64,000 nucleotides of DNA from Octopus vulgaris. Taxonomy: Eukaryota. The position numbers and the translations under genes are program-made. Under the pieces are notes generated by a model, which saw only the letters and a program-made list of their open reading frames with translations, had not been told where the DNA came from and did not search any database. Location: the NCBI GenBank assembly GCA_951406725.2, contig OX597837.1, forward strand, positions 11,160,001 through 11,224,000. Reading direction: 5' to 3'. Position 1 is the stretch's first letter, and each line of letters opens with the position of its first letter. Of this stretch, positions 14,538 to 28,282 are shown one piece after another.

Positions 14538-15381
14538 TGTCAGTTGCTTGACCTTAACCAGTTGAGCATGTTCCTTAGTGGCTGACAATATTTGCATTTC
14601 TGATCATGTGCAGCAGTAGTAAGGGAATATCATATCCATGTGTTGAGAGGAATTCTTTAGGATTTGAATAAATGTAAGAAAATCGTTTGAAGGAAATAGT
14701 ATCCATATTTCATACTTTCTCGGTGTAAGCAAAACAGGAAATAACAGTTGCTGCCCAAGGACAAAAATCGTATTACACAATGAGAATCGGTTCAATTGGA
14801 ACCAATAATTGTCTGAATTCAACGTCTAATACCTAACGCCCTTCGAATCCACAAGACGTAGAAAGTTTAGTGAAGAATCGAACACGAGTCCAGTTTCCTT
14901 GCTTGTGTTATGTTAAGCTGCGTGTACGTTGGTGTGACAAAAAACATTTAGTCAAAGTTTAGATGAGTTTTTATATAATTGTGCTTTTACCAAAAGTGCC
15001 TGTGAAATAGTAAAAGGTATAAAAACGTGGTTGGTTCATCGCTAGTGAAAATTAGTTGGTCGGTAGTTGGCTGAGACTAGAAGACCGTGTATATTTAGAA
15101 TAAAGAGCAAAAGTGAGTTGATAGCTCATGGCTAGCTATTAGTCATAGATATTGTGATAAAGTACACCTTTACCCACAAGACACTTACTATGAGACTGAA
15201 CCCGAAGCGAGCTTCTTAGCTTCTCAACATTCCTACATACATCCTCATCATCATCATCACCAATACCACCACCACCACCACCACCACAATCATCGTCGTC
15301 GTCGTCGTCGTCGTCGTCCTCCTCCTCCTTCTCCTCCTTCCGTGCTGGTGTGGGTTGGCCGGTACATACATAATACATTTA

Positions 15382-15608
15382 AGGCGGTGAACTAGCAGAA
15401 TCATTAGCACGCCGGGGGAATGCTTAGCGGTATTTCGTCTGCCGCTACGTTCTGAGTTCAAATTCCGCCGAGGTCGACTTTGCCTTTCAGGGTCGATAAA
15501 TTAAGTACCAGTTACGTACTGGGGTCGATGTAATCGACTTAATCCCTTCGTCTGTCCTTGTTTGTCCTCTCTGTGTTTAGTCCCTTGTGGGTAGTAAAAT
15601 AAATAGGT
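15382..15608 (+). mobile_element. SINE family B
   Basis: tRNA-like head, B box GAGTTCAAATTCC, core and tail. Confidence 0.85.
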
Positions 15609-15657
15609 ACATACATAATACATAATACATACATTCATACATACATTCATATACACA

Positions 15658-15689
<32 letters not shown>

Positions 15690-15926
15690 AACATGTATAT
15701 ATACACAATACGTGCATAGACACATATACAATACACACACACACATACATATACGCGTAATTACATATACACACATATAAATACATACATATATATATAT
15801 AATGTGTGTGTGTGTGTGTAATAAAATTAAAACAAAAGCAGATGGAATGGCAGATTTTTGAAAGATGTCGTCTGCAAATGGAATAAAAGGAAATATAAAA
15901 AAATACATATACACACATATAAATAC

Positions 15927-16014
<88 letters not shown>

Positions 16015-16409
16015 GTGTGTGTGTGTGTAATAAAATTAAAACAAAAGCAGATGGAATGGCAGTTTTTTGAAAGATGTCGTCTGCAAATGGGATAAAAGAA
16101 AATAAAAAAAATGTTTTTCTCTATTAATCACGGAACAACGAGAAGATGTAAAGGAAAACAGACAAAAATATCTGATTAAGAACCACCTCATTGCGATGAG
16201 ACATATAGATTTATAGAAACTGCTTCGAAAATTATTGGTAAAAATGAATAAAAAAATTAAAGTCTACTACTACGTTCGACTCTAATGATAAAAATGAGTT
16301 AAGAAATAAAACTTCAAAGGAAAAAAAAAAGAGAGAAAGAAACGTATTTTGGATTTTATGTTAAAATGGTGTGAATACATTATATAATACGAAGAAAAAA
16401 AAACAAATA

Positions 16410-17170
<761 letters not shown>

Positions 17171-17486
17171 TGTTTTTTTTTTAATTTCCGAGAGAGATAG
17201 ACGGAAAGAAGCTGAGAAAAAGGGAGAGTGAAATTACGACCCTATAGCTTAGCGGTTCGGCCTGAGAGACCGATAGAATAAGTATCAGGCTTAAATAAGC
17301 AAAATAAGTATTGGGATCGTTTCATTCGACAAATGATTCTTCAAAGCGGTACTCCAGCATGGCCAGAGCCTAACGACTGTAACAAGTAAACGGTAAACGA
17401 TGTGCTTGTCTGTATGTGTGTATATGCGTGCGTGTGCGTGTGCGTGAGTCTGTGTGTGTGAGCGCGTGTGTGAGTGTGTTTGTGTA

Positions 17487-17709
17487 CGGGTGTCCATAAA
17501 TTACCTTTACAATTTAAAAAGTTCAGAAAAAATTGCAAAATTTAGGATAACACATCAAAGTTTATTGGTAAACATAGGCAGACAAATTAAGTTTTACGAT
17601 AAACATGAGAACGCTTCCATGTTTATCATAAAACACGTTGATTGATGGGTCTCAACTTTAATAGATACAATAATTGCGCAAAATGTAAAGATAATTTGTA
17701 GACACCCTG
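17487..17709. mobile_element. Tc1/mariner-type MITE
   Basis: Imperfect TIRs of about 26 bp: cgggtgtccataaattacctttaca and tgtaaagataatttgtagacaccctg; TA on the left side. Confidence 0.65.
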
Positions 17710-17847
17710 CATATGTACACACACACATACACACACATATACATACATACATATATACATACATACATACATACATAAATACATAAATACATAAATACAT
17801 ACATACATACATACATACATAAATACATAAATACATACATAAATACA

Positions 17848-17883
<36 letters not shown>

Positions 17884-17899
17884 TATATGTTTGTATATA

Positions 17900-17942
<43 letters not shown>

Positions 17943-17972
17943 GTTATATAGGTAAATATATGTACATGTCTA

Positions 17973-18028
<56 letters not shown>

Positions 18029-18076
18029 CATCTGTATACATGTATACATATATTCATATATATATATATGTAATGT

Positions 18077-18115
<39 letters not shown>

Positions 18116-18801
18116 TGTATATATATATATATATGTATGTATGTATGTCTGTATGTATGTATATATGTATGTATGTATATATGTATGTATACATGTGCGC
18201 ACATTAACAAATACGCACACACACGCACACACACACACTCGCATACACATACACACGCATATGTAATGAGAGAGAGAGAGATAATGGGGAGAGAGAGAGA
18301 AGAAAGAAAGAAGAAGAGAAAGAGGGTTTTTACCATATATGTTTTCTGTACATTATCTTGAACTTCTGCTTCCAACTTCTTCCTGTCTCTAGGATTGTAT
18401 ACATTTGCTATTTACCCTACTTTACATGTGACGTCATACGACCACCGGTCTATAGAGTTTGTTTTCACGAAAGCAACTCCAATATGGCGACAGACACGTT
18501 TGAAGGAAATGTAATCATAAAAGGTGTTCTTTGACGACGTCGCTTGCTTTTCTCACTCCCCTTTCTTTCCTCTCTTTTTATTCAACAATTATTTATTCTT
18601 AAATGTTATTTGAATATGTCTTTGAAGTAAGTTTCAAGTGTTGCTTATAATCTCTCGAGAAATCTCTCGATTATTAATATTAATATTTACACGAATGTGT
18701 ACGTTGTCTGTCTGTCTGTCCGTGAGTCTGTCTATCTCTCTCTCTATCTGCCAGGCTACCTACCTACATACCTGTGTGTCTATATATATCTCTCTCTTTC
18801 C

Positions 18802-18886
<85 letters not shown>

Positions 18887-18903
18887 CCTACCTACCTACC
18901 TAC

Positions 18904-18959
<56 letters not shown>

Positions 18960-18979
18960 ACGTCTATCTACACATTTAA

Positions 18980-19015
<36 letters not shown>

Positions 19016-19087
19016 TTGTTATTAATATATATACATGTGTATATATATGTGTGTATACATATGCATTTTTATAACTATTGTGTATAT

Positions 19088-19137
<50 letters not shown>

Positions 19138-19180
19138 TAAATACATGCATATATATATATATATATATATACATACATAC

Positions 19181-19287
<107 letters not shown>

Positions 19288-19380
19288 GTAAAAAGTGAAA
19301 AAACTACCTAAGGCTTGTTTTAAAAGGTTAAATAATATATTTGAGTCATTAGTCATTATGTCAGAAGAATGTTATAAAAT

Positions 19381-19418
<38 letters not shown>

Positions 19419-19909
19419 TTATTTGTATTTTTCTATTCTCATTCTTTTTCTACTCTTTCTCAAAGCACTTTTTTTCTTATTATCAACAATCGTGCCTCTG
19501 ACGTCTGTCATAAACATCGTCATTTGTTCGCCGCTCCCCATTTGCGAAGTAAACAATAATTGAAAAATTCAGAATGATAACAAGGCATACGTACAATACC
19601 ATCAAAAATAATTTCACTCCTCTTCTCTACTTCTTCTCCACCCCGCCCTCCTCATTTGTATGAAAGTCAATCCTACACGCGCTTGCGACCACACATCCTT
19701 GCGCCCATTCGGGTGTGTATTGTCTTCGTGTACATGCACACGTATAGCAATTTCTTTTCAAAGTTTTTCCTGTTATTGGCAGCTACCCTTGCAATTGGGC
19801 AACTGAGATAAATATTCTATTTTCATATCTGTCTGTCTGTCAGTCTGTCTGTCTGTCTGTCTCTCTCTCTCACACACACTCACTCACGCACACACACACA
19901 AGCATACAC

Positions 19910-19943
<34 letters not shown>

Positions 19944-19972
19944 ATACAATATGTTACATTACTCTGTAGTCA

Positions 19973-20035
19973 AGATAAAACTCTGAGTTTCAGATGCCGA
20001 AGTGGAAATCCACAACACCATCTCTTCGGTTATCT
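19973..20035 (-). ncRNA. Hammerhead-like motif, left arm copy
   Basis: Reverse complement of 22454-22516. Confidence 0.6.
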
Positions 20036-20066
20036 GGCTATTTGAAAACGTTATGAAAAAATACCG

Positions 20067-21233
20067 TTAAAAATGAAGGGAAATTACTCTGTTATAACTC
20101 TGCTTTGCCTGCGTACTTATACATCGCTCGCATTTTTCGTCATAAAAATTATATAAAAATACATAAAAATATATAAAAATATATAAAAATATATAAAATC
20201 TTCTTGGGACATAACACAGAAAGCATGTTCTATCCGTTTTCTTTAGGGACCAAAAACGTAACAGAAATTTAGTCACATGTGGGCATGATCCGAAAAGCTC
20301 TGTCCTTGTATTTAGACATGTGGTAGGGTCTAAGCTGCTTTTCCAGATAAGCCATCTCTCCATGTCGCATAAACCGCACCTTCCGCTGCCGTTAGTATAG
20401 GGCTTACATCTGGCCAAAATCTTCCATTGTATGTTATAATCGACACCTTTATCTCTTAAAGACCAAATATGATTGGATAATTGTGTCGCTTTTCTTTTGT
20501 TCCAGTGCCTAAAGCTCAAAGTGTGGTTATTGAACCTGGCCTTGAAATTACCCTCTGTCAGGCCCACGTATTTCTTCGTCGAAACGGTGTCTTTAGTGGT
20601 TATAGAGTTTACGGTAGCTTCATATATGATGGTCTTGGACATGCAAGCTCCATTTAGCGGGCACAATTCTTTATTCCTGCATGAACAGCTGTTTTCTTCT
20701 TGTGTTTTTTGTATGTTATGATTGATTATGTTTTTAAAATTGGTAGTTGAACTAAAACTAATTTTTAAATTGTGTCTATTGAAGAGTTTCCTATAAGCAT
20801 GGTTAACTGGAAAATGTCTATCTATCAGTGCTAGGAAATATTTACCTATATTGAAGGCCACCTCGGGTGAGTAAGGGGGCGTAAACCAGATGACCTTCCT
20901 ATTTCTATTATTCCTTTTCCTTATTGTTGGGCTGGTGATAGGTGTATATTTTATTTTTTCGCTAAAACCACTATCTTTTAAAGCTTTATTATAAACTGGG
21001 GCAACGCTATTGAAGATGTCCTCATTAGATGAGAGGCTAGAAATCCTCTTACTAATATTTTTAACTAAATTTTTGAATACTATAGGGGGATGGCATGAAC
21101 CTACATTAATATAACTTAGTCTATCATTGGGCTTCCTATAAGGCTTATAAATATTATTATTAAGATCTAAGGAAACGTCTAAGAAATTGACAACCGTTAG
21201 GTTAGTGTCTATAGTTATACTAAGTCCGAAGTG
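20067..21233 (-). CDS. PLE ORF fragment: RT C-terminus/thumb plus GIY-YIG endonuclease (left arm)
   Basis: Open frame HFGLSITIDTNLTVVNFLDVSL..KPNDRLSYINVGSCHPP..CSCRNKELCPLNGAC..IIYEA..YVGLTEGNFKARFNNH..CGLC..LNTRTEL..CPH; no start codon. Confidence 0.9.
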   Translation of the reverse strand, partial: HFGLSITIDTNLTVVNFLDVSLDLNNNIYKPYRKPNDRLSYINVGSCHPPIVFKNLVKNISKRISSLSSNEDIFNSVAPVYNKALKDSGFSEKIKYTPITSPTIRKRNNRNRKVIWFTPPYSPEVAFNIGKYFLALIDRHFPVNHAYRKLFNRHNLKISFSSTTNFKNIINHNIQKTQEENSCSCRNKELCPLNGACMSKTIIYEATVNSITTKDTVSTKKYVGLTEGNFKARFNNHTLSFRHWNKRKATQLSNHIWSLRDKGVDYNIQWKILARCKPYTNGSGRCGLCDMERWLIWKSSLDPTTCLNTRTELFGSCPHVTKFLLRFWSLKKTDRTCFLCYVPRRFYIFLYIFIYFYVFLYNFYDEKCERCISTQAKQSYNRVISLHF

Positions 21234-21265
21234 TTATAACTATAGTTATAACTATAGTGTTATAA

Positions 21266-22423
21266 CTTAGTATAACTATAGACACTAACCTAACGGTTGT
21301 CAATTTCTTAGACGTTTCCTTAGATCTTAATAATAATATTTATAAGCCTTATAGGAAGCCCAATGATAGACTAAGTTATATTAATGTAGGTTCATGCCAT
21401 CCCCCTATAGTATTCAAAAATTTAGTTAAAAATATTAGTAAGAGGATTTCTAGCCTCTCATCTAATGAGGACATCTTCAATAGCGTTGCCCCAGTTTATA
21501 ATAAAGCTTTAAAAGATAGTGGTTTTAGCGAAAAAATAAAATATACACCTATCACCAGCCCAACAATAAGGAAAAGGAATAATAGAAATAGGAAGGTCAT
21601 CTGGTTTGCGCCCCCTTACTCACCCGAGGTGGCCTTCAATATAGGTAAATATTTCCTAGCACTGATAGATAGACATTTTCCAGTTAACCATGCTTATAGG
21701 AAACTCTTCAATAGACACAATTTAAAAATTAGTTTTAGTTCAACTACCAATTTTAAAAACATAATCAATCATAACATACAAAAAACACAAGAAGAAAACA
21801 GCTGTTCATGCAGGAATAAAGAATTGTGCCCGCTAAATGGAGCTTGCATGTCCAAGACCATCATATATGAAGCTACCGTAAACTCTATAACCACTAAAGA
21901 CACCGTTTTGACGAAGAAATACGTGGGCCTGACAGAGGGTAATTTCAAGGCCAGGTTCAATAACCACACTTTGAGCTTTAGGCACTGGAACAAAAGAAAA
22001 GCGACACAATTATCCAATCATATTTGGTCTTTAAGAGATAAAGGTGTCGATTATAACATACAATGGAAGATTTTGGCCAGATGTAAGCCCTATACTAACG
22101 GCAGCGGAAGGTGCGGTTTATGCGACATGGAGAGATGGCTTATCTGGAAAAGCAGCTTAGACCCTACCACATGTCTAAATACAAGGACAGAACTTTTCGG
22201 ATCATGCCCACATGTGACTAAATTTCTGTTACGTTTTTGGTCCCTAAAGAAAACGGATAGAACATGCTTTCTGTGTTATGTCCCAAGAAGATTTTATATA
22301 TTTTTATATATTTTTATATATTTTTATGTATTTTTATATAATTTTTATGACGAAAAATGCGAGCGATGTATAAGTACGCAGGCAAAGCAGAGTTATAACA
22401 GAGTAATTTCCCTTCATTTTTAA
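21266..22423 (+). CDS. PLE ORF fragment: RT C-terminus/thumb plus GIY-YIG endonuclease (right arm; tentatively Nematis-like)
   Basis: Same motifs as the left arm; the frame stays open 363 nt upstream of the called ORF start at 21629. Confidence 0.9.
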   Translation, partial: LSITIDTNLTVVNFLDVSLDLNNNIYKPYRKPNDRLSYINVGSCHPPIVFKNLVKNISKRISSLSSNEDIFNSVAPVYNKALKDSGFSEKIKYTPITSPTIRKRNNRNRKVIWFAPPYSPEVAFNIGKYFLALIDRHFPVNHAYRKLFNRHNLKISFSSTTNFKNIINHNIQKTQEENSCSCRNKELCPLNGACMSKTIIYEATVNSITTKDTVLTKKYVGLTEGNFKARFNNHTLSFRHWNKRKATQLSNHIWSLRDKGVDYNIQWKILARCKPYTNGSGRCGLCDMERWLIWKSSLDPTTCLNTRTELFGSCPHVTKFLLRFWSLKKTDRTCFLCYVPRRFYIFLYIFIYFYVFLYNFYDEKCERCISTQAKQSYNRVISLHF

Positions 22424-22453
22424 CGGTATTTTTCATAACGTTTTCAAATAGCC

Positions 22454-22516
22454 AGATAACCGAAGAGATGGTGTTGTGGATTTCCACTTCGGCATCTGAA
22501 ACTCAGAGTTTTATCT
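22454..22516 (+). ncRNA. Hammerhead-like motif in the PLE 3' terminal region
   Basis: agataa-CCGAAGA-gatg...catc-t-GAAA-ctcagag-TT-ttatct, with a 6-bp helix I and quasi-palindromic helix III. Confidence 0.65.
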
Positions 22517-22612
22517 TGACTACCGAGTAATGTAACATATTGTATAGATAAATTTCCTCTATTTACATAATATTGAGGTCTCTTTCTTTCTTTTGTTATC
22601 TTACCGTTTTAT

Positions 22613-22659
<47 letters not shown>

Positions 22660-22739
22660 TATATACATGTATTCATATTCATAGATATATACACATGCGT
22701 TTTCATACTACATGTACATTTACATACATTCAAATATAC

Positions 22740-22817
<78 letters not shown>

Positions 22818-22819
<2 letters not shown>

Positions 22820-23215
22820 CGCAGGAGTGGCTGTGTGGTAAGTAGCTTGCTAACTAACCACATGGTTCCGGGTTCAATACCACTACGTGGCATCTTGGGC
22901 AAATGTCTTCTGCTATAGCCCCAGGCCGACCAATGCCTTGTGAGTGGATTTGGTAGACGGAAACTGAAAGAAGCCTGTCGTATATATGTAAATATATATA
23001 TATGTGTGTGTGTTTGTGTGTCTGTGTTTGTCCCCCCTAGCATTGCTTGACAACCGATGCTGGTGTATTTACGTCCCCGTCACTTAGCGGTTCGGCAAAA
23101 GAGACCGATAGAATAAGTACTGGGCTTACAAAGAATAAGTCCCGGGGTCGATTTGCTCGACTAAAGGCGGTGCTCCAGCATGGCCGCAGTCAAATGACTG
23201 AAACAAGTAAAAGAT
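22818..23215 (+). mobile_element. SINE family A, full length (tRNA head, CORE-like segment, LINE-like 3' tail)
   Basis: A box TGGCTGTGTGG, B box GGTTCAATACC, TCTTGGGCAAAT segment, tail GGCGGTGCTCCAGCATGGCCGCAGTCAAATGACTGAAAC. Confidence 0.9.
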
Positions 23216-23242
23216 AAAAAAAGATAAAGAAGATATATATAT

Positions 23243-23466
23243 ATTTCTTTACTACCCACAAGGGGCTAAACACAGAGGGGACAAACAGGGATAGACAAAC
23301 GGATTAAGTCGATTACATCGACCCCAGTGCGTACTTAATTTATCGACCCCGAAAGGATGAAAGGCAAAGTCGACCTCGGCAGAATTTGAACTCAGAACGT
23401 AACGACAGACGAAATATGGCTACACATTTCGCCCGGCGTGCTAACGATTCTGCCCAGCTCGCCGCC
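23243..23466 (-). mobile_element. SINE family B
   Basis: Full head-core-tail copy. Confidence 0.88.
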
Positions 23467-23473
23467 GTAAAGA

Positions 23474-23592
<119 letters not shown>

Positions 23593-23595
23593 TAT

Positions 23596-25734
23596 GATTG
23601 ATTGATTGATTGATTGATTGATTCTAGTTTCAGCTTATGAGCTGTGGCCATGCTGGGGCACCGCCATTTGGTGTTGCTACTTGGTTTCACTTCATGGAGG
23701 CTTTCTAGCAACTGCTATTTGGTGCATGAGAGAGTTCGATGCAGCTGCCCTCATCTGCCCCTCCTGCCGTGAAGTTGGTTCATCTGGGACACCTGACAGG
23801 AAGAGATCCAGCTCCATTTTGAAGACATCTGTATCCACCCCATGCAGGTCTCTCAGGTTCATCGGGAGGATATTGAAGAGCTGTGGGCCTCGGAAGCCCA
23901 GGCTATCACAGAATCTTGTCCTACATCTTGATGGCAAGTTTGGAGTCCTAGGCACCACGCAGTGGCGCCCAGTTCTGGCACTTGCGTAACTCTCGATGCC
24001 AAAGTTCAGGACACTTCCCTCCAGGATCTTCCAGATGTATATTATGGCATATCTTTCCCGCCTACGCTCCAGGGAATATAATTTTAATCTCTTGAGTCTT
24101 TCCCAGTAGCTTACATTCTGCATAGAGGCTATCTTCTTCGTGTAGCTTCGTTGGATCGCCTCAAGTTCTGTGATCAACTTGACACTGGATGGTGACCATA
24201 GCTGAGAGCAATAGTCGAAGTGACTTAGGACAAGTGTCTTCCAGAGGACCATCATGGTTTCTTGTTCTCTTGTTCTAAAGGTTCTAAGAATCCATCCAGC
24301 CAGCCGTCTGCATTTCATTGTCAGTTTAGCAACATGTACATGAAAGGTCGCGTCATCACTCATGTGAATACCCAGGTCACGCACTGATTGTGCCTCTGGG
24401 ATTGCAATCCCTCCGGGTCCAGTGTATTCCTTGGGTATTGCATTCAGTTTTGCATGCTGATAGTATAAAGCTTGAAACTTTTCAGCATTGAACTGCATGC
24501 TATTCTTTTCAGCCCACTTGTATATTTCGTCCAGCTCATATTGCAGGTGCCTAGTGTCTTCAGGGTTCTGTATTGCCTGTGAAACTTTTGTATCATCTGC
24601 ATAACTTGTGATCGTGGCTCTCCGCGTGGCTGAGGGCATGTCTGAGAGGGCCATTATGAACAGTAGTGGTCCCAAAACAGTGCCCTGTGGAACACCGCTC
24701 ACTATTTGCGTGCTAATGGAAGTGGCCCCATTGGCTACTACCACCTGACTTCTATTCTTCAGAAAGTCGTGAAGCCATTCTCCTAGTTTTCCAACTATGC
24801 CAAGATCACGCAGTTTGTGACATATCATTCCATGATCGACTTTATCGAAGGCCTTTGCGATGTCGAGATATATGACTTCCACATTTGAGTGGTTGAGCAG
24901 TTGTTTCAGCACCCAGTCATAGTGCTGCAGGAGCTGAGTTAAGCAGCTTCTTCCTGGTCGGAAACCATGTTGGGTGTCAGGCAGCAAGTCATTTTCTTCA
25001 AGGAAGGTGATTAATTTCCTTCTGACTATTCGTTCCATGACCTTGCTGATGTGTGAGGTCAGAGAGATAGGTCTGTAGTTCTTGGCCTCCGCTCTGCTAC
25101 CTCCTTTATGAATAGGGCATATTTTACCTTCCTTCAGTTTTCTTGGAATTTTTGCCAGCTGCAAGGAAGCTCTGAAAGAGGAACTGCAGTGGTCTTGCTA
25201 AGACTCTCTTACATACTTTTAGGAGGATTGCCGGGAATCCATCGGGGCCAATAGCTGAGTCTATTTTCATTTCATCTATAGCCTTTATTACATCGTCTTC
25301 CTTTATATCGATGTAATTTATCGTCGCCGCCTCTGATTCTATATCTGCAGTGGTAAAGAAGTCAGTTGGATTGCTGATTTGGAAATGCCCAAGGGGTGGA
25401 GTGAAAACACTCTTGAATTGTTCATTCAGTATTTCACTTACCCTCATTGGTTTTCCTGTGAGTGTGCCATCCTTTTCAAGGAGTGGCCCTATCCTACAGT
25501 GCACCGTAGCTGTTTCTTTGGCATACCTGTAGAAAGCTCTGGGGTTTAGTTTTTATGTTGTCTATAGCCCAGGCTTCTTTGTCTGCTCTTTCCTTCTCAT
25601 GGGAGAGTTGCAGACAATTTTCAATTTCCAACAGTTTTATTTTCAGGCGGGACTTTTCACTGCTTTCAATTTGTTTGTTTAGGCGATTTGAGATTTTTGT
25701 ACGCCGTCTCATTAAAATTTTTCTCTCTCTGGGG

Positions 25735-25735
<1 letters not shown>
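23596..25735 (-). mobile_element. 5'-truncated LINE (CR1/L2 group) with (AATC)n tail
   Basis: Three frameshifted ORF pieces; tail repeat at 23596-23623; 5' end truncated at (TA)n. Confidence 0.92.
23692..25504 (-). pseudogene. Non-LTR reverse transcriptase (frameshift near 25150)
   Basis: GPDGFP, NYRPISLTS, QHGFRPGRSC, YLDIAKAFDKVDH, GVPQGTVLGPLLF, YADD, RDLG and YSLERRR motifs. Confidence 0.92.
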
Positions 25736-25824
<89 letters not shown>

Positions 25825-25995
25825 TTATATAATATCAATGTATGTATATATATGCATATATATATATACACATATGTGAATATATGTATATATATATATA
25901 TATACGTATATATATATATATGACATTCATTCCGAATGTGAATGTTCGTATGCACCACCACCAACAACAACGACAACGACGACGACGACGACGAC

Positions 25996-26053
<58 letters not shown>

Positions 26054-26209
26054 GTGATGATAATGATGATAAGAATAATACTTTGGAGGGTTCTTGGCAT
26101 CTACGGTTACATGTTGTAGCCCGATGTTAGGAATTTTTCTTTTCCAACAGTCTAATCTGTTGTGTGTATATGAATGATAATGATGATGATGATAGTGATG
26201 ATAATAATA

Positions 26210-26403
26210 ATCCTTTCTGCTATAGATATAAGGCTTGGAATTTGTGGAGAGTGAGTAGTCGATTTCGTCGACCTCAGTGTGTAACTGGTACTTAATTTAT
26301 CGAACCCCGAAAGGATGAAAGGCAAAGTCGACCACAGTAAAATTTGAACTCAGAACGTAAAGCCAGAAGTGGCGAATGATATGCATGGTAGCAACTCTGC
26401 CAG
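26210..26403 (-). mobile_element. SINE family B, diverged
   Basis: Core plus the alternative tail. Confidence 0.75.
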
Positions 26404-26725
26404 TCCGTAATCATTTTATTTGGCGCATTGTACGTCCCCCGCATAGATGTGAAGATATGGGGAAGTTGTAATTTCCGGTAACTACTATTTCGCTTCCGTC
26501 TGATCATTAATTGCAAAGACATAAAACCTAGAAATCATTTTCCATTCTCTTCATCTGAGAAGACGCTCGGGTTTCATAACCTTTCCTTCCTGGATAAAGC
26601 AACAGGAAGTCACTCCCTGGTTCTATTCAGTACGTGACGACATACCATGACATAATCACAGCTAAGTTGCATTCGGAAAGAGTAAGTGTTTAATGTATAG
26701 GCGTACACGTGCAGATATATATACA

Positions 26726-26789
<64 letters not shown>

Positions 26790-26815
26790 TATATATATAC
26801 ACACATATATATATG

Positions 26816-26886
<71 letters not shown>

Positions 26887-26887
26887 G

Positions 26888-26939
<52 letters not shown>

Positions 26940-27529
26940 GATATATATATATACATACATACATATATATATATGTATGTATATACATATATATATGTAT
27001 ATATATGTAAATATATACATATATACATACATACACACACATATATATACATACATACATACATACATACACACACATACACACATATATATATATGTAT
27101 GTATGTACATAGACGCACGCACATATGTACATACACCGTCACACACGCAACAGTACTCACGCACGAACGCGTACATACAGACACCTAACTGTGGAATAAA
27201 TTAGAGAATGGTAATGATTTCATGAATCTATCATTGTTAAAATGAATTCTTATTAATCAATGTTAAGGATACGTTAAAGCCGAATCAACAATGGCGGTGC
27301 TAATAAATATGCATGGATAACCGTACGTGCAAACACTCTCTTTCAATTCACCCACAATCAGAAAAAATTCTAAACGCTCGCTTTCTTTCACACACATAAG
27401 CGCATACAGCACACACAAGTGCACAACCTCCAGTAGATATAATACACACTCGCACAAACACACACACACACACACACACACATACGTATATATAAATACA
27501 TACGTACATACATACACACATACATATAT

Positions 27530-27750
27530 ATTTCTTTATTGCCCACAAGGGGCTAAACATAGAGAGGACAAACAAGGACAGACAAAGGGATTAAGTCGAT
27601 TACATCAACCCCGGTGCGAAACTGGTACTTTATTTATCGACCCCGAAAGGATGAAAGGCAAAGTCGACCTCGGCGGAATTTGAACTCAGAACGTAACGAC
27701 AGACGAAATACCTCTAAGCATTTCGCCTGGCGTGCTAACGATTCTGCCAC
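27530..27750 (-). mobile_element. SINE family B
   Basis: Near-full copy. Confidence 0.88.
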
Positions 27751-28192
27751 CTTCCATAGATACATATATGTATGCTCAGATATGTTCACATATCCATGGC
27801 GGTCGTGTTGTATGCTTATTGGAATAAATAATCATAAGTGCGGGGCTTGCATTTAATATATCATGGTGTTCCTTTTAAAGTTTTCATAAATAATTTAGTC
27901 GTATTTAAAACGGGTAGAAATATGTTTAGAATTCTTCTGATGGTGGGTGAATTGAGGGTAATGTTTTTTTTGTGAATGTTTCGATATTAAGAGGTAATAT
28001 TTACGCTTAGTTAAACGCGGATGTTCTGTTAGAACGAACTCTACTGCGATAGATAAGCTAATAGAGTTTCTCTCGTGGTATCTGCCGAAGTATAGTTTGT
28101 TCTAATGGAACATCCACTTTTAAGTGGGGGTAAATATTAAAAAAGTAAACAATAAAAATATCTATCTTTCTATTTATCTATCTATCTATCTA

Positions 28193-28279
<87 letters not shown>

Positions 28280-28282
<3 letters not shown>

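Larger units (their letters stand above)
19939..22615. mobile_element. Penelope-like retroelement, 5'-truncated, as an inverted head-to-head dimer in (TA)n
   Basis: Arms 19939-21225 and 21265-22550 differ at about 4 positions by eye; the right arm has about 65 extra 3' nt; (TA)n on both sides. Confidence 0.95.

Noticed and set aside
18429-18490. CRE (TGACGTCA) and YY1-like motifs
   Set aside because: Short motifs expected by chance, with no associated gene
22818-22890. tRNA gene
   Set aside because: A and B boxes are present, but the sequence continues into a SINE body and no clean cloverleaf was found
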